A stretch of DNA of 64,000 bases from an uncultured Gammaproteobacteria bacterium (GCA_964348825.1 CAYGDX010000001.1:367463-431462), one strand, 5' to 3'. Shown: positions 39,359 through 49,011, counted from the stretch's first letter. Notes: generated by a model from the sequence alone, not told the origin. Program-made: numbers and translations.

Positions 39359-39462
39359 GTTAGTAATCCACAGCTAAAAATTTGCGTCTTATAAAAAAGT
39401 ATGAAACAATATAAGTCCGGAGTAAAATTTTTACTCCAAACTTAATAATTATTTTTTATTTT

Positions 39463-40017
39463 ATGGATCAAATTGATCAAAATCAAATGCCACCGGCCCC
39501 AGCCGCCGCTTCAAACGCTGGTGATGGTGGCAAAGCGCCACTTTATGCACTAGTTGCAATTATTGTAATCGTGGCTGGTGGGTATTTATGGTTTAGCTTA
39601 AGCAAATCAAACGAAGTTGAAGATGCTTTAAACAACGCAGAAAATCTGCCGATTGAACAAACTAATATGCCAGTGCCCGATGGTTTTGTGCCACCTACCA
39701 ACCAACCACCAATTGAACCAGAAACTGTAGTTGTACCAGAACAAGTAAAAACCTTTACACTAGTAGCTAAAAATTTTTCTTTTTTACCTTTAGAAATAAA
39801 AGTTAAACAGGGTGACAAAGTAAAAATTGTACTAGACAACCAAGAAGGCTTTCATGATTTAGTGATTGATGAATTTGGTGTACGTACCAAACAAATTACC
39901 GCTGGCCAAACCGACGAAATTAATTTCACAGCTGATAAGGCAGGTACTTTTGAATATTACTGTTCAGTAGGTAAACACCGATCGATGGGAATGAAAGGTA
40001 ATTTGATAGTTGAGTAA
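39463..40017 (+). CDS. Cupredoxin-like (type-1 copper) domain protein, membrane-anchored
   Basis: C-terminal H...C..H...M ligand pattern (GFHD...YYCSVGKHRSMGM), typical of plastocyanin, azurin or the CuA-like fold. Confidence 0.65.
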   Translation: MDQIDQNQMPPAPAAASNAGDGGKAPLYALVAIIVIVAGGYLWFSLSKSNEVEDALNNAENLPIEQTNMPVPDGFVPPTNQPPIEPETVVVPEQVKTFTLVAKNFSFLPLEIKVKQGDKVKIVLDNQEGFHDLVIDEFGVRTKQITAGQTDEINFTADKAGTFEYYCSVGKHRSMGMKGNLIVE

Positions 40018-40025
40018 ACAAACGT

Positions 40026-40076
40026 CATCACCATTTCCCTCCCCTTAATGGGGAGGGTTAGGGAGGGGTGATCACT
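40026..40076 (+). promoter_or_regulatory. GC-rich alternative-pairing hairpin (CCCTCCCC / GGGGAGGG / GGGAGGGG), just 3' of the cupredoxin gene
   Basis: TCACCATTTCCCTCCCCTTAATGGGGAGGGTTAGGGAGGGGTGA, in which the 5' C-run can pair with either of two G-runs. Confidence 0.35.
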
Positions 40077-40088
40077 TTATATAAACAA

Positions 40089-40124
40089 AAACACTCTTAC
40101 TCGTCCAGTAAGAGTGTTTTTTAA
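40089..40124 (+). terminator. Intrinsic terminator of the plus-strand efflux / cytochrome-b5 / cupredoxin unit
   Basis: Perfect 12-bp stem AACACTCTTACT/AGTAAGAGTGTT followed by TTTTTT. Confidence 0.8.
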
Positions 40125-40280
40125 TTATTTAATTATAATTACAGTGTCTCCCATCCAAAGCTCCGGACCTACCTGTGTAGGCAACTATTTTACCTCTTAG
40201 ACGAACGAATTTTTAAGTAATTCCTGAACGAATTAATTTTTTTATTGTCCGAAGGGCTACTGTAAAACGGTAATTTTATT

Positions 40281-40535
40281 AAAAAAATACCGGGCCTTTT
40301 AATTGGGCCCGGGATAGTACCTGATCGATCTCATTAAAGCGCAAAGATACGTCCGCTTCAATAATATCCCTATTCTTCCCTCACAAGACTGGGAAACGTC
40401 TTTGTGATGACCTAGCTGTTCGCTACGACTAAAGTCCGCTAGGCGACATTCAGTATTTGTTATACTGTCATACTTTGTAAAATATGTCAAGCGGACGTGC
40501 TTTACTTGGTCTAGGTATTTAAAATTAAGTCAAAA
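40281..40535 (-). ncRNA. Candidate structured non-coding RNA or structured 3' UTR, with its own intrinsic terminator at 40281-40313
   Basis: GC-rich island of about 250 nt (roughly 50% GC against about 33% nearby) with no credible ORF. The minus-strand terminator is CCGGGCC/GGCCCGG followed by UUUUUUU. The RNA class was not identified. Confidence 0.3.
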
Positions 40536-40592
40536 AATTAATAATCAATACAAAGTCCATTTTTATTTTTTTAATGGCTTTTTATTAACCAA

Positions 40593-41042
40593 CTAAGAAT
40601 ACCCCGTAGCTCTCCTGCGACTGGGTAATTCATTTTTTAGTAAATCAATAATAATTTTACGGGCTGGTTGGGTAATAAAATCTTGTGGCACTTCACCAAG
40701 CCCAAACCAACGCCACTCAGAAAAATTAGCTGGCTCCATCAATCGCGGAATTTGTTTAGTTTGGCATAAAAATAAAAACACTTTATCACCCTCTAAATAA
40801 CCATCAAGTTCAGTAATATATTTTAAAATTTCAAAATCAGTTATGCCTATTTCTTCGCCAACTTCACGACGCAAAGCAATCTCAATTGTTTCACCACTAT
40901 TACATCTACCACCCGGACAAGTCCAAAATACTTCATTTTCAGAATAATGACGCTTACCCATTAAAACCTTACTATTTTGAATAATCACCGCCACTGGGCA
41001 GGTTTTATTATTGCCTATTTGTTGTAATATATTTTGTAACAT
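40593..41042 (-). CDS. NUDIX hydrolase (MutT-like)
   Basis: Nudix box GGRCNSGETIEIALRREVGEEIG. Confidence 0.75.
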   Translation of the reverse strand: MLQNILQQIGNNKTCPVAVIIQNSKVLMGKRHYSENEVFWTCPGGRCNSGETIEIALRREVGEEIGITDFEILKYITELDGYLEGDKVFLFLCQTKQIPRLMEPANFSEWRWFGLGEVPQDFITQPARKIIIDLLKNELPSRRRATGYS

Positions 41043-41484
41043 TTTCTAACATCTCAAAAGTTTTAGGCCAAACAGTTTTTGCTGAAGGTACTAATTCAAA
41101 TTCAGACACTGGTGTTATAAGAAATTCCTTCACACTTTTTAGCGACAACCATTTCATATCAGCTACCTCTGCTGTATCAATTTTAAATTTATTGGTAATT
41201 TCTTTTTCTACCAACGCGTAATAAATATTAAATCTACGCACTTGCCCATCACTATGATTAAAATCAGTGGTAAATAAAAAATTAGGATTATAATCACCAA
41301 GTTTCAAGCCAAGTTCTTCTTTAACCTCACGTACCAAAGTTTGTATTGGCGTTTCATTTACTTCTGCCGTACCAGTAACAGTTGGTCCCCATACTCCAGG
41401 ATGTAAAGATTTTGTAAGCGATCTTTTGGCTAACAAAATTTCATTTTCTTTATTAATTAACCAAAGTACCGCAATTTCTAACAT
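41008..41484 (-). CDS. NUDIX hydrolase
   Basis: Nudix box GTAEVNETPIQTLVREVKEELG. It overlaps the downstream NUDIX gene. Confidence 0.7.
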   Translation of the reverse strand: MLEIAVLWLINKENEILLAKRSLTKSLHPGVWGPTVTGTAEVNETPIQTLVREVKEELGLKLGDYNPNFLFTTDFNHSDGQVRRFNIYYALVEKEITNKFKIDTAEVADMKWLSLKSVKEFLITPVSEFELVPSAKTVWPKTFEMLENVTKYITTNRQ

Positions 41485-41493
41485 AAAATATAA

Positions 41494-42069
41494 TTATTTT
41501 TCAAAATTTAAAACTTCAAAAACTTTATCTCTCAACTTCTCAAACTTCAAATAGCCAGCTTTTTTGTTGAAATGCCCAGCGTTTGGTACAAAATCCAAAT
41601 TAACACCTAAATGTTTTGCCAACTCCTCACCATTACCCAACGAAACAAATGGATCGTTATCAGATTGAAAAACACTAAAATAATTGGCCTTAGTTTTTAT
41701 TAAATCAAAGTTAAAATCAAAACCGGAAAATGCGCTATCGCGGTCATAATTTAAAATTGGCCTCACGCCAATTGGCGTGCCAGTAAAAAACGCGGCGCGA
41801 ATAGGGTTTTCTAACTTTTCAAGCACGCGCAACGCAAAAACTCCACCCAAACTATGCCCAATTATAACCGCATTTTCATTTAAATAATCCTCGTAATTCT
41901 TAAACACCTCAAACCACTCCCCTATTTTGGCCGCTACAACAGGCGGGGTTGGAAATTGGGGTATAAAAACCTTGCAACCTTTTTGCTCTAATTCTTGCTT
42001 CAACCACGGAAACCAATTTTCTTCCGGATATCCTTCCGTGCCGTGGAAAATAAAAATGTTGATAGGCAT
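41494..42069 (-). CDS. Alpha/beta-hydrolase, RBBP9/YdeN-like serine hydrolase
   Basis: IFIFHG...GHSLGG nucleophile elbow plus C-terminal D and H residues. The size of about 190 aa fits. Confidence 0.65.
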   Translation of the reverse strand: MPINIFIFHGTEGYPEENWFPWLKQELEQKGCKVFIPQFPTPPVVAAKIGEWFEVFKNYEDYLNENAVIIGHSLGGVFALRVLEKLENPIRAAFFTGTPIGVRPILNYDRDSAFSGFDFNFDLIKTKANYFSVFQSDNDPFVSLGNGEELAKHLGVNLDFVPNAGHFNKKAGYLKFEKLRDKVFEVLNFEK

Positions 42070-42107
42070 ATTTTTTATATAATTATAATTTTATATAAGT
42101 AAAAACT

Positions 42108-42449
42108 TTAATCACACAACAAACATTCGCAAGGTTTATTCTTTAAAAAACTTTTTTGCTCTTTAGTGGTATTAATAAATATCTGTTGACTGCTTGAACC
42201 GCTGGCTAATTTTTTATCAAGATCAGAATGGTGCTTGTATCCACGACGAAAAAACTCCTTTACCAACGATTCGTGTCTATTGTAAAGCGCTTTAGTTTTA
42301 CCAACCCAACGCAATGTTTCAGGATGCCTTGAATACCCACCTTTGGCACCATGCTTGGTTAAAATGTTCCATAAGCCATGAAGTTCACGGTGTTCAGCAA
42401 GTAAATGCTTTCGGCATAAATGTTTTGGATGTATATCCCAAATACGCAT
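42108..42449 (-). CDS. Pyrimidine-dimer DNA glycosylase (T4 endonuclease V / DenV family)
   Basis: N-terminus MRIWDIHPKHLCRKHLLAEHRELHGLW matches the conserved DenV-family start, in which the N-terminal amine and Glu form the catalytic pair. Confidence 0.6.
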   Translation of the reverse strand: MRIWDIHPKHLCRKHLLAEHRELHGLWNILTKHGAKGGYSRHPETLRWVGKTKALYNRHESLVKEFFRRGYKHHSDLDKKLASGSSSQQIFINTTKEQKSFLKNKPCECLLCD

Positions 42450-42553
42450 AAATTTAGACTAATTAAGAACTAGAAATATCTAAGTCTACCCTACTTCCCC
42501 ATGTGTTTAATGTGATTATTTTCATAATTAATATAAAAAGCAACTACTTTATT

Positions 42554-42805
42554 TTAGCGATGTGTGCAACCAGCCCAACAACAAGGTCTGCGCATTCCGA
42601 CCTTAAGCTTCGAGAGTGCCTTTTCTATTCGAATAGCCCGAGTTTTGGATTTCTTAGCGGAAATTACCCAACAGATCCATTCATTGCGTGCGAGTGGTGT
42701 AATATCCGCCCATATTGCTTTCACATCTGGTGAAGAAATAATGGCTTTTCGTAAATCTGCTGGTACTTTATGCGCTACACCCGCGGCACTTTCTTTTTTG
42801 GTCAT
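42554..42805 (-). CDS. YdeI/OmpD-associated family small protein
   Basis: 83 aa. The ...AIWADITPLARNEWICWVISAKK...R pattern is typical of the DUF1801/YdeI C-terminal domain. Confidence 0.45.
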   Translation of the reverse strand: MTKKESAAGVAHKVPADLRKAIISSPDVKAIWADITPLARNEWICWVISAKKSKTRAIRIEKALSKLKVGMRRPCCWAGCTHR

Positions 42806-42809
42806 AGTT

Positions 42810-43241
42810 TTAATTATTTACTACGAACTTTTTAAAATTCTCAAGAATTGCAGACCAGCCGGCTTTTTGCATTTCCGTGCTATTTACCTCTTCAGGATAA
42901 AATTCTTCTTCAATTTTCGTGGTGCCATTTCCTAAATCAGTAAAAATAATTTCACATTCTCTGTGTTGATCCTCACCATCCGCTTTATCCATGATGTATT
43001 TAATATTCTCAAACGGAGTGATATTTGTATAGGTGCCGGTAAAATCAAAAGAGGCACTGCCATCTTTGGCAGACATTCTGGTTAAAAATCTACCCCCAAC
43101 CCTTACATCATTTTCGGCATACGGACATTCCCAAGTTGAACTTGCAAAGGCCCAACCTTTGATACTTTCGGGGTTATTCCAATGTTCCCAAACTTTTTTG
43201 ATATCAGCATTTATTATTGTTTCTACTTTTATTTTCTGCAT
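42810..43241 (-). CDS. SRPBCC-superfamily protein (AHSA1 / activator-of-Hsp90-ATPase-like)
   Basis: IINADIKKVWEHWNNPESIKGW...FDFTGTY...GW pattern. The likely start is the ATG at 43239-43241; the track extends to 43310 and overlaps the upstream gene. Confidence 0.6.
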   Translation of the reverse strand: MQKIKVETIINADIKKVWEHWNNPESIKGWAFASSTWECPYAENDVRVGGRFLTRMSAKDGSASFDFTGTYTNITPFENIKYIMDKADGEDQHRECEIIFTDLGNGTTKIEEEFYPEEVNSTEMQKAGWSAILENFKKFVVNN

Positions 43242-43257
43242 ATAGTTATTCTTAAGT

Positions 43258-44013
43258 TTAGTGTGTCTCTTCCGCTTCTTTTCTTGTGTTAGAGTACGCG
43301 CACCAATCACAATGCTCTCCAGATTCTGGTGTCACATTACTTTCCAAACATTTCTTAATTTCAAACAAAGTTTTTTCTACCCACGAATCATCACCTTTAT
43401 GTTCAATCAAATTAACATCAAAATCAATTCGCTTATCAAAAGCTTGCCTATCCATTTTCCCAGTGCAATATACGAAATAACCAACATCAGATACTTTGAG
43501 CCCATTCTGTCGCAAAAGCCACTGGTATACCTCCATTTGGCGCTTGTAGCCATTCTGCCACTCTTTATCTAGTGCTTTGACTGCTTCATCTTTGGCGGTT
43601 GCCTTATAATCCACGACAATATATTCGCTCTTCCCGTTGATCCACAAATCATCAATCGCACCAGTTACTAAAAGTTCTGTTGGTTCGTGCAGGAATCTCA
43701 CACCACCAAAATTTCTTCGCCATTCATCAAGCTCCTCGTGAGACATTGGTCGCGCATCAATTCCATATTCTTTTTGTAATGGATGCTGTTCATTCTTCAC
43801 CCGATACGAGTCAAATTCTTGTTTCAAAAGAAAATCCACAGCACTGTTGATGGAAAAAGGAAATCCCGGTACCCGTTTTACACCAAGCTTGTTATCTATA
43901 TAAAAACATCGCGGACATTCCTTAAACAAATCAATTTTGGAACGAGAAAGTTTCCAATTCTTGCCTCCATAATTCCACGATTCCATTCGGTTTGGGTTGT
44001 AGTATTCAGACAT
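43258..44013 (-). CDS. Cas4-like PD-(D/E)XK nuclease with an Fe-S Cys cluster (DUF83 / PDDEXK_1-like)
   Basis: N-terminal LSRSKIDLFKECPRCFYI (a Cas4/AddB-type motif), a D...VVDYK catalytic core, and C-terminal Cys residues (KKC...HCDWC). It sits 5 nt downstream of hsdR. Confidence 0.6.
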   Translation of the reverse strand: MSEYYNPNRMESWNYGGKNWKLSRSKIDLFKECPRCFYIDNKLGVKRVPGFPFSINSAVDFLLKQEFDSYRVKNEQHPLQKEYGIDARPMSHEELDEWRRNFGGVRFLHEPTELLVTGAIDDLWINGKSEYIVVDYKATAKDEAVKALDKEWQNGYKRQMEVYQWLLRQNGLKVSDVGYFVYCTGKMDRQAFDKRIDFDVNLIEHKGDDSWVEKTLFEIKKCLESNVTPESGEHCDWCAYSNTRKEAEETH

Positions 44014-44017
44014 AAAA

Positions 44018-47000
44018 TTAAATTGCTACTGGAAAATACTCCCTATAAACTCGCACAGTTTCAAGATAGATAGATTCAATCAACCTTTTAGTCTGCATCT
44101 CCTCAACAATTCCTTTCTGAAGCAAAAGAAGTCTTACGTTCTGACGAATGCGCGCTTTTATTGTTTCGTTGTTAGTCCAGTCAATCGCCAAATCACGTCT
44201 AATACGTTTGGTAAGTTCCTTAACAAATTCTTTTATATCAATTCCTGCATTTTTTAGATCAGGATTTTTTTCAAGAGTATCGTAAAACACAATTTCCTCT
44301 TCAGAAAGTCCTGTATCTTTACTCTCTTGATCTAACTTCTTAATTTCATCCGCAATTTCAAGAAGTTGTTTTATTATTTCAGCCGAACTGATAACATTGT
44401 TTTCATATTTTTCAATAAGACCTTCCAATAGAGTAAGCATCGTTTCGTATCTGGCAGTATTAACACGCATACGAGAGCGAATTTCCTGATCGAGAAGTTT
44501 ACGGACAGAATCAACAGCAAAATTGTGATATTGGGATTTCTTTATTTCGGCAACAAATTTCTCATCGAAAATTGAAATACTTTTCTTTTCTTGACCTTCC
44601 ACATTAAACAAATCAACAATACCTTCAGCTTGAATTGAATCTTGCATTAAACTACGAATAGCACTTTCTGTCTCCTCTGGGAAAATAGCATGAGGTAATA
44701 CTGTCTGCTTCCGTATCGCTTCACGAATTGATTGAAAGAATTGTAAATCATTCACAATTTTCATTGCTTCCTCTCCCGGCATAACAAGAGCATGCAGTTT
44801 CGAAAGTTTCGAAACCATTCCCATATATTTCATTTTTCGCTCATCAGATAAATATCCGCTATTGGTTATTACTTCGTTTATTCCGGCTTGCATAATTCTA
44901 ACAAGCTCAACTCCTTTCTTCTGTTTCCAAGAAGTATAATCAACTTTGCCAAAAAATTCGCCGACCTGTTTGTGTATGATGTGCATTTGTGCGACAACCT
45001 CATTAATAGGAATTAGTGCACCATTTTGAATGTCGGAATCATACCAAGCAAGTGCTTTCTTTAAGTTTTCAGCAATACCAATATAATCAACAATCAAGCC
45101 CCCTGGTTTATCTTTAAAAACTCGGTTTACACGAGCAATTGCCTGCATAAGCCCGTGATTTTTAAGTGGTTTATCAAGATACATCGTGTGCAAACATGGT
45201 ATATCAAAGCCGGTGAGCCACATATCGCACACAATGGCAATTTTCAGAGAATCATTTACTTTTTTAAATCTTTTCTCTAGTTTCTTTACATCTTTCTCTG
45301 ATTGTATAACGGAAGCATATTCATCGCTGCTTGAAATAACCACCGCACATTCCGGAGCACCATCAATTTTTTTGATCGCTTCATACATCAGAACCGCGAT
45401 CCTACGACTCATTGTCACGATCATTGCCTTACCCTCAATTGGTCTATTATTAAAGTGATTTACAATATCTTCTGCAATTTTATTTATGCGACTTGGCGCT
45501 CCAACAACTTCTTCGAGCACAGCCCATTCTTTACGCATTCTCGCGTTATCATCAGAGACAACTTCGCCCAATACTGCATCAAATTTAGAATCAATAAATT
45601 TATCGGCAAGATGAAGTGGCACAAGCCGACCTTCGTAGTAAATTGGTACCGTAGATTTATCTATTACCGATTGGCTGATCTTGTACGAACTAACTACATT
45701 ACCAAAAACCCTAACTGTGTCTTTATCATTTTTCGAAATAGGTGTTCCAGTTACTCCCAAAAAGCTTGCATTAGGTAATGCAAGGCGCACATTACCAGCT
45801 AAATTGCTGTATTGCGTACGATGAGCCTCATCAGCAAGAACAATTATATTGTCTCGTTCGGTTAAGGCATTTTGAGCAACTGGATCTTCTTGGAATTTCT
45901 GAATGGTAGTAAAGATAAGCTCACTACCCAAATGTGACAATCGAGTGCGTAAATCTTGTATACTCGACGCTTTTTTCGCAAGCGTTCCATATCCGGTGCG
46001 ACTGAAAGTTTTAAATAACTGATCATCTAAATCTTCACGGTCTGTTAGAAATACATACGCAGGACTTTTTAACTCTGGAATATTTTTTGTTTTATTCACA
46101 TAAAAAACCATTGAAAGTGATTTTCCCGAACCCTGTGTATGCCAAAATACACCAATTTTATGTTCTTGTTTTCCAAGTACTGAGTTAATTGTACTTTCAA
46201 TAGTTTTGTTTACTCCATAATACTGGTGATAGAGTGCCATCTTTTTTGTGTAGGTAACTGCATCACCATCACTGTCGGCTTCAAAAATTGTGAAGTGTTG
46301 TAGCACATCTAAGAATCGCTCTTTGTTAAAAAGTCCTTTAGTCAATACTTCTAATTCTTCCGCTTCTTTAGAAAAATCATTTTCAACATTGATACCTTTC
46401 CATGTTCCATATCGTTCCCATGAACTAGAGATAGTGCCGTGTCGCGCATTAAACAAATCAGACAGCCCGACAACTTGGTTGAATAAAAATAGTTTCGGAA
46501 TTTCCTTTTTGTAATATTCAATATCTCGATACGCCTCACCAATTGTCGCTTCTGTACGAACGCCACTCTTTAATTCGAAAACACCGAGTGGTAAACCATT
46601 CACAAAGACAACAGCGTCTAGACGGCACACCGAATCAATACCTTGCACAGTGAATTGATTCACAACCAAAAATTCATTAGATAACGGCTCGGCAAAATCT
46701 ATAAGTTTAACCAAATCAGTTTTTTCATCTCCATTTTCAGTCCACGAAATCTTTTTACCATTTGTAATCCATGAATAAACCTCCTTGTTGCCAAGGATAA
46801 GATCAGCATGAGAATAATCCGCAATTTCTTTAACAATAATTTCCGCCTGTTCAGCAGGAAGCGACGGATTTATTCTTCGAATGGCTCCAAGAAGTCTGCC
46901 TCTTAAAACCACACCTCGAAAATCCTCACGCTCGGCGCGAGCCTGTCCAGGGTTTATATCTGGCCCATAGATGTGCTCATAACTCTCGCCCTTGAGCCAG

Positions 47001-47047
47001 TCGGTGAGTGATTGTTCCGTTAAATTGTTTTCGTTGATGGGGTTCAT
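44018..47047 (-). CDS. hsdR: Type I restriction enzyme R subunit (HsdR), SF2 helicase-nuclease
   Basis: 1009 aa with an N-terminal nuclease region and helicase motifs I (GSGKS), II (DEAH) and VI. It is adjacent to hsdS and hsdM. Confidence 0.9.
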   Translation of the reverse strand: MNPINENNLTEQSLTDWLKGESYEHIYGPDINPGQARAEREDFRGVVLRGRLLGAIRRINPSLPAEQAEIIVKEIADYSHADLILGNKEVYSWITNGKKISWTENGDEKTDLVKLIDFAEPLSNEFLVVNQFTVQGIDSVCRLDAVVFVNGLPLGVFELKSGVRTEATIGEAYRDIEYYKKEIPKLFLFNQVVGLSDLFNARHGTISSSWERYGTWKGINVENDFSKEAEELEVLTKGLFNKERFLDVLQHFTIFEADSDGDAVTYTKKMALYHQYYGVNKTIESTINSVLGKQEHKIGVFWHTQGSGKSLSMVFYVNKTKNIPELKSPAYVFLTDREDLDDQLFKTFSRTGYGTLAKKASSIQDLRTRLSHLGSELIFTTIQKFQEDPVAQNALTERDNIIVLADEAHRTQYSNLAGNVRLALPNASFLGVTGTPISKNDKDTVRVFGNVVSSYKISQSVIDKSTVPIYYEGRLVPLHLADKFIDSKFDAVLGEVVSDDNARMRKEWAVLEEVVGAPSRINKIAEDIVNHFNNRPIEGKAMIVTMSRRIAVLMYEAIKKIDGAPECAVVISSSDEYASVIQSEKDVKKLEKRFKKVNDSLKIAIVCDMWLTGFDIPCLHTMYLDKPLKNHGLMQAIARVNRVFKDKPGGLIVDYIGIAENLKKALAWYDSDIQNGALIPINEVVAQMHIIHKQVGEFFGKVDYTSWKQKKGVELVRIMQAGINEVITNSGYLSDERKMKYMGMVSKLSKLHALVMPGEEAMKIVNDLQFFQSIREAIRKQTVLPHAIFPEETESAIRSLMQDSIQAEGIVDLFNVEGQEKKSISIFDEKFVAEIKKSQYHNFAVDSVRKLLDQEIRSRMRVNTARYETMLTLLEGLIEKYENNVISSAEIIKQLLEIADEIKKLDQESKDTGLSEEEIVFYDTLEKNPDLKNAGIDIKEFVKELTKRIRRDLAIDWTNNETIKARIRQNVRLLLLQKGIVEEMQTKRLIESIYLETVRVYREYFPVAI

Positions 47048-47051
47048 AATA

Positions 47052-47909
47052 CTATTTTACCTTTGGAACAACGCCAGTTATGTCAGAGACCATATCCTTT
47101 ATATCTGACACAATGGGCATTATTTTTTTATCAAACTTATCGCTCCCTGTCTCATTATCTCTAATGTTTTTCATCGGTGATGAATATAGTTGTCCTATTG
47201 ATTCCAAGATAAAATCAAGTTTTTTCTTATACTCATCTCCCGGTTGATCTGCAAACAAGTTCTCAATTATTTCTTTGTAAGCTTCAAGTGAACGAGCAAT
47301 GGAAGCTTTAAATTCATATTCTTCAATTAATCTTTTTGAGCGAGAATACTCACGATTTACAAAAAATTCAAAAAAGATTATTGGAGAAGTCAAAGCAAGC
47401 TTTACTAAGAAACTTATCTCAAAGATTGTATCTCCCTTAGAAACCTGCCATACAACTACTCCGAAAACAGCTAAAAGCAGTGCGGTACTTGTACCTACGA
47501 GCCACTTAAACCATTTCTCATTGTCTTTCTTTAAATCATCTTTTACTTTATCAAAAGAGTTTGATAATTTTTCGTTTGAAATAATGCCAAGTTGTTGCAA
47601 TGAGAGGGTATGTATCTCATCCGTTTTGGTTTTAAGTGCCTCAACTGTACCCTTAATTTCTTCGGTTAAATTTTGTTGCTCAGTAGTGCTTTCTTTAAGA
47701 GTCTCAACTTCTTGTACTAGATTATCTAATTCCAGTTTTTTTGCAGGAATAGCATCTATGTTTACTTTCTGTGCTTGTAATTGTGCAATCAACGTATCCA
47801 TAACTTGCTTTTCTGATGAAACATTTTGCACCAAAACATTCAAATCTCCCAGTGCCTTAAGATTTTGATCTATTTCTGTTAATTTTTGTGCTAATTCTTT
47901 TTTATTCAT
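47052..47909 (-). CDS. Uncharacterised protein embedded between hsdS and hsdR: an N-terminal coiled coil of about 130 aa, two TM helices and a cytoplasmic C-terminal domain
   Basis: Heptad-rich N-terminus, then the hydrophobic segments WFKWLVGTSTALLLAVFGVVVWQV and IFEISFLVKLALTSPIIFFEFFV. No known domain was recognised. Confidence 0.45.
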   Translation of the reverse strand: MNKKELAQKLTEIDQNLKALGDLNVLVQNVSSEKQVMDTLIAQLQAQKVNIDAIPAKKLELDNLVQEVETLKESTTEQQNLTEEIKGTVEALKTKTDEIHTLSLQQLGIISNEKLSNSFDKVKDDLKKDNEKWFKWLVGTSTALLLAVFGVVVWQVSKGDTIFEISFLVKLALTSPIIFFEFFVNREYSRSKRLIEEYEFKASIARSLEAYKEIIENLFADQPGDEYKKKLDFILESIGQLYSSPMKNIRDNETGSDKFDKKIMPIVSDIKDMVSDITGVVPKVK

Positions 47910-47913
47910 AAAT

Positions 47914-49005
47914 TTAAATTAATTTTTCTAATAATTGATCTCTCGACTCTTTAAGTTTTACATTTTCTTTTTCAAGCACAACCATTTCACTTATAAAACT
48001 TTTAATTTTTGAAACAAAAGCCTTCGCGAGTTCAACGGGGGGTATGAAAAATTCAATACTCGATAACTCGCTCCAATGACGCTTGTACTCTCTCTGGTCA
48101 ATCAAATCTTTTGTCAAAAAATAAGTAAATATTGGGTTGTAACCATCTTTCTCGCCAAGAGGAATTGTATTAGGACCTAACGAGAATGGTTCACATATAA
48201 TTTGGGTTCTGCAAGTATGATCACCGAAAATTAGCACCGGATTATATATATTTGCCTTAAAAGAAGGTTCTTCTTCACTAAAACCAATTATCCCTTTTGA
48301 AGATTGGTCGTAAACGGGTATAGAACCTTTGTTCAACAATGAATCTTCTTTGTAGGTTTTTTGTGTAGATAATCGTTCAACAACATCTTCGATTTTCCCC
48401 ATATTCCACCCCTCCGGAATTTCTCCCATTTCACTTTCTATCATTTTCTTTTTTTCATATCCCGGAAAACGCAAGTTTACAAACCATTCATTAAAAATTG
48501 TTTGTGCTGTAGCTTCAAGATTTTTGATTATCTTATTATTATTTTCAATTTTTGAATCATAAGCACTCAATATTTCGGTAATTTTCTTTTGTGTTAAAAA
48601 TTCTGGGGTCTCAACTTGTAAGTTATATATGGTATCTCTACTTAATCCCGGAACAGCAGAATCGCCACCATAACGAGGTAAATTAATTCTCTTTAAGAGA
48701 TAGAAAATATATTTTAAATCAAAACCTTCTTTGGGTTCATCAATAAAAAATGCAGTGTCGATAGGAAAAGAAGGTTGTTCAGAAAAATAGAGAGATCCTA
48801 CATTTCCTTTTCGTCCAATGATTATTGCGGGCGTATTAACTTTCGCTTCATTGTGATAACCCACAACCCCACTTGATGCATAAACTGGGACAGATCCCTT
48901 AATTCTTTTTGGTTCGGGCAATCCAAAACCATATTTAATATCAGCCAAGTCGCTGACAAGATATGGTTTTGATTCTATATTTATTTGTTCCAGTAATTTG
49001 CTCAT
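47914..49005 (-). CDS. hsdS: Type I restriction-modification specificity subunit (HsdS)
   Basis: Target-recognition domain followed by the conserved coiled-coil repeat (ILSAYDSKIENNNKIIKNLEATAQTIFNEWF). At 363 aa it is somewhat short. Confidence 0.8.
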   Translation of the reverse strand: MSKLLEQINIESKPYLVSDLADIKYGFGLPEPKRIKGSVPVYASSGVVGYHNEAKVNTPAIIIGRKGNVGSLYFSEQPSFPIDTAFFIDEPKEGFDLKYIFYLLKRINLPRYGGDSAVPGLSRDTIYNLQVETPEFLTQKKITEILSAYDSKIENNNKIIKNLEATAQTIFNEWFVNLRFPGYEKKKMIESEMGEIPEGWNMGKIEDVVERLSTQKTYKEDSLLNKGSIPVYDQSSKGIIGFSEEEPSFKANIYNPVLIFGDHTCRTQIICEPFSLGPNTIPLGEKDGYNPIFTYFLTKDLIDQREYKRHWSELSSIEFFIPPVELAKAFVSKIKSFISEMVVLEKENVKLKESRDQLLEKLI

Positions 49006-49011
49006 ATATAA

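Noticed and set aside
40141-40156. A 9-nt match (TGTCTCCCA) to the tRNA-Gln 3'-end repeat at the far edge of the island, as a possible distal att site
   Set aside because: It is on the opposite strand relative to the other copies. A 9-mer match is also expected by chance roughly once in a 64-kb window. It is not supported.
40299-40490. The 63-aa ORF MTYFTKYDSITNTECRLADFSRSEQ... inside the GC-rich island
   Set aside because: It has no start context, no motif, and sits in a region whose composition and terminator suggest a structured RNA. It is treated as non-coding.
40130-40535. Assignment of the GC-rich island to RNase P RNA, SRP RNA, tmRNA or 6S RNA
   Set aside because: Only weak partial matches were seen (AAAGUCCG; AGGUCCGGAG). 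The tmRNA tag-reading-frame and tRNA-like end signatures, the RNase P CR-I to CR-V blocks and the SRP domain IV symmetric loop could not be identified. It is left unclassified.
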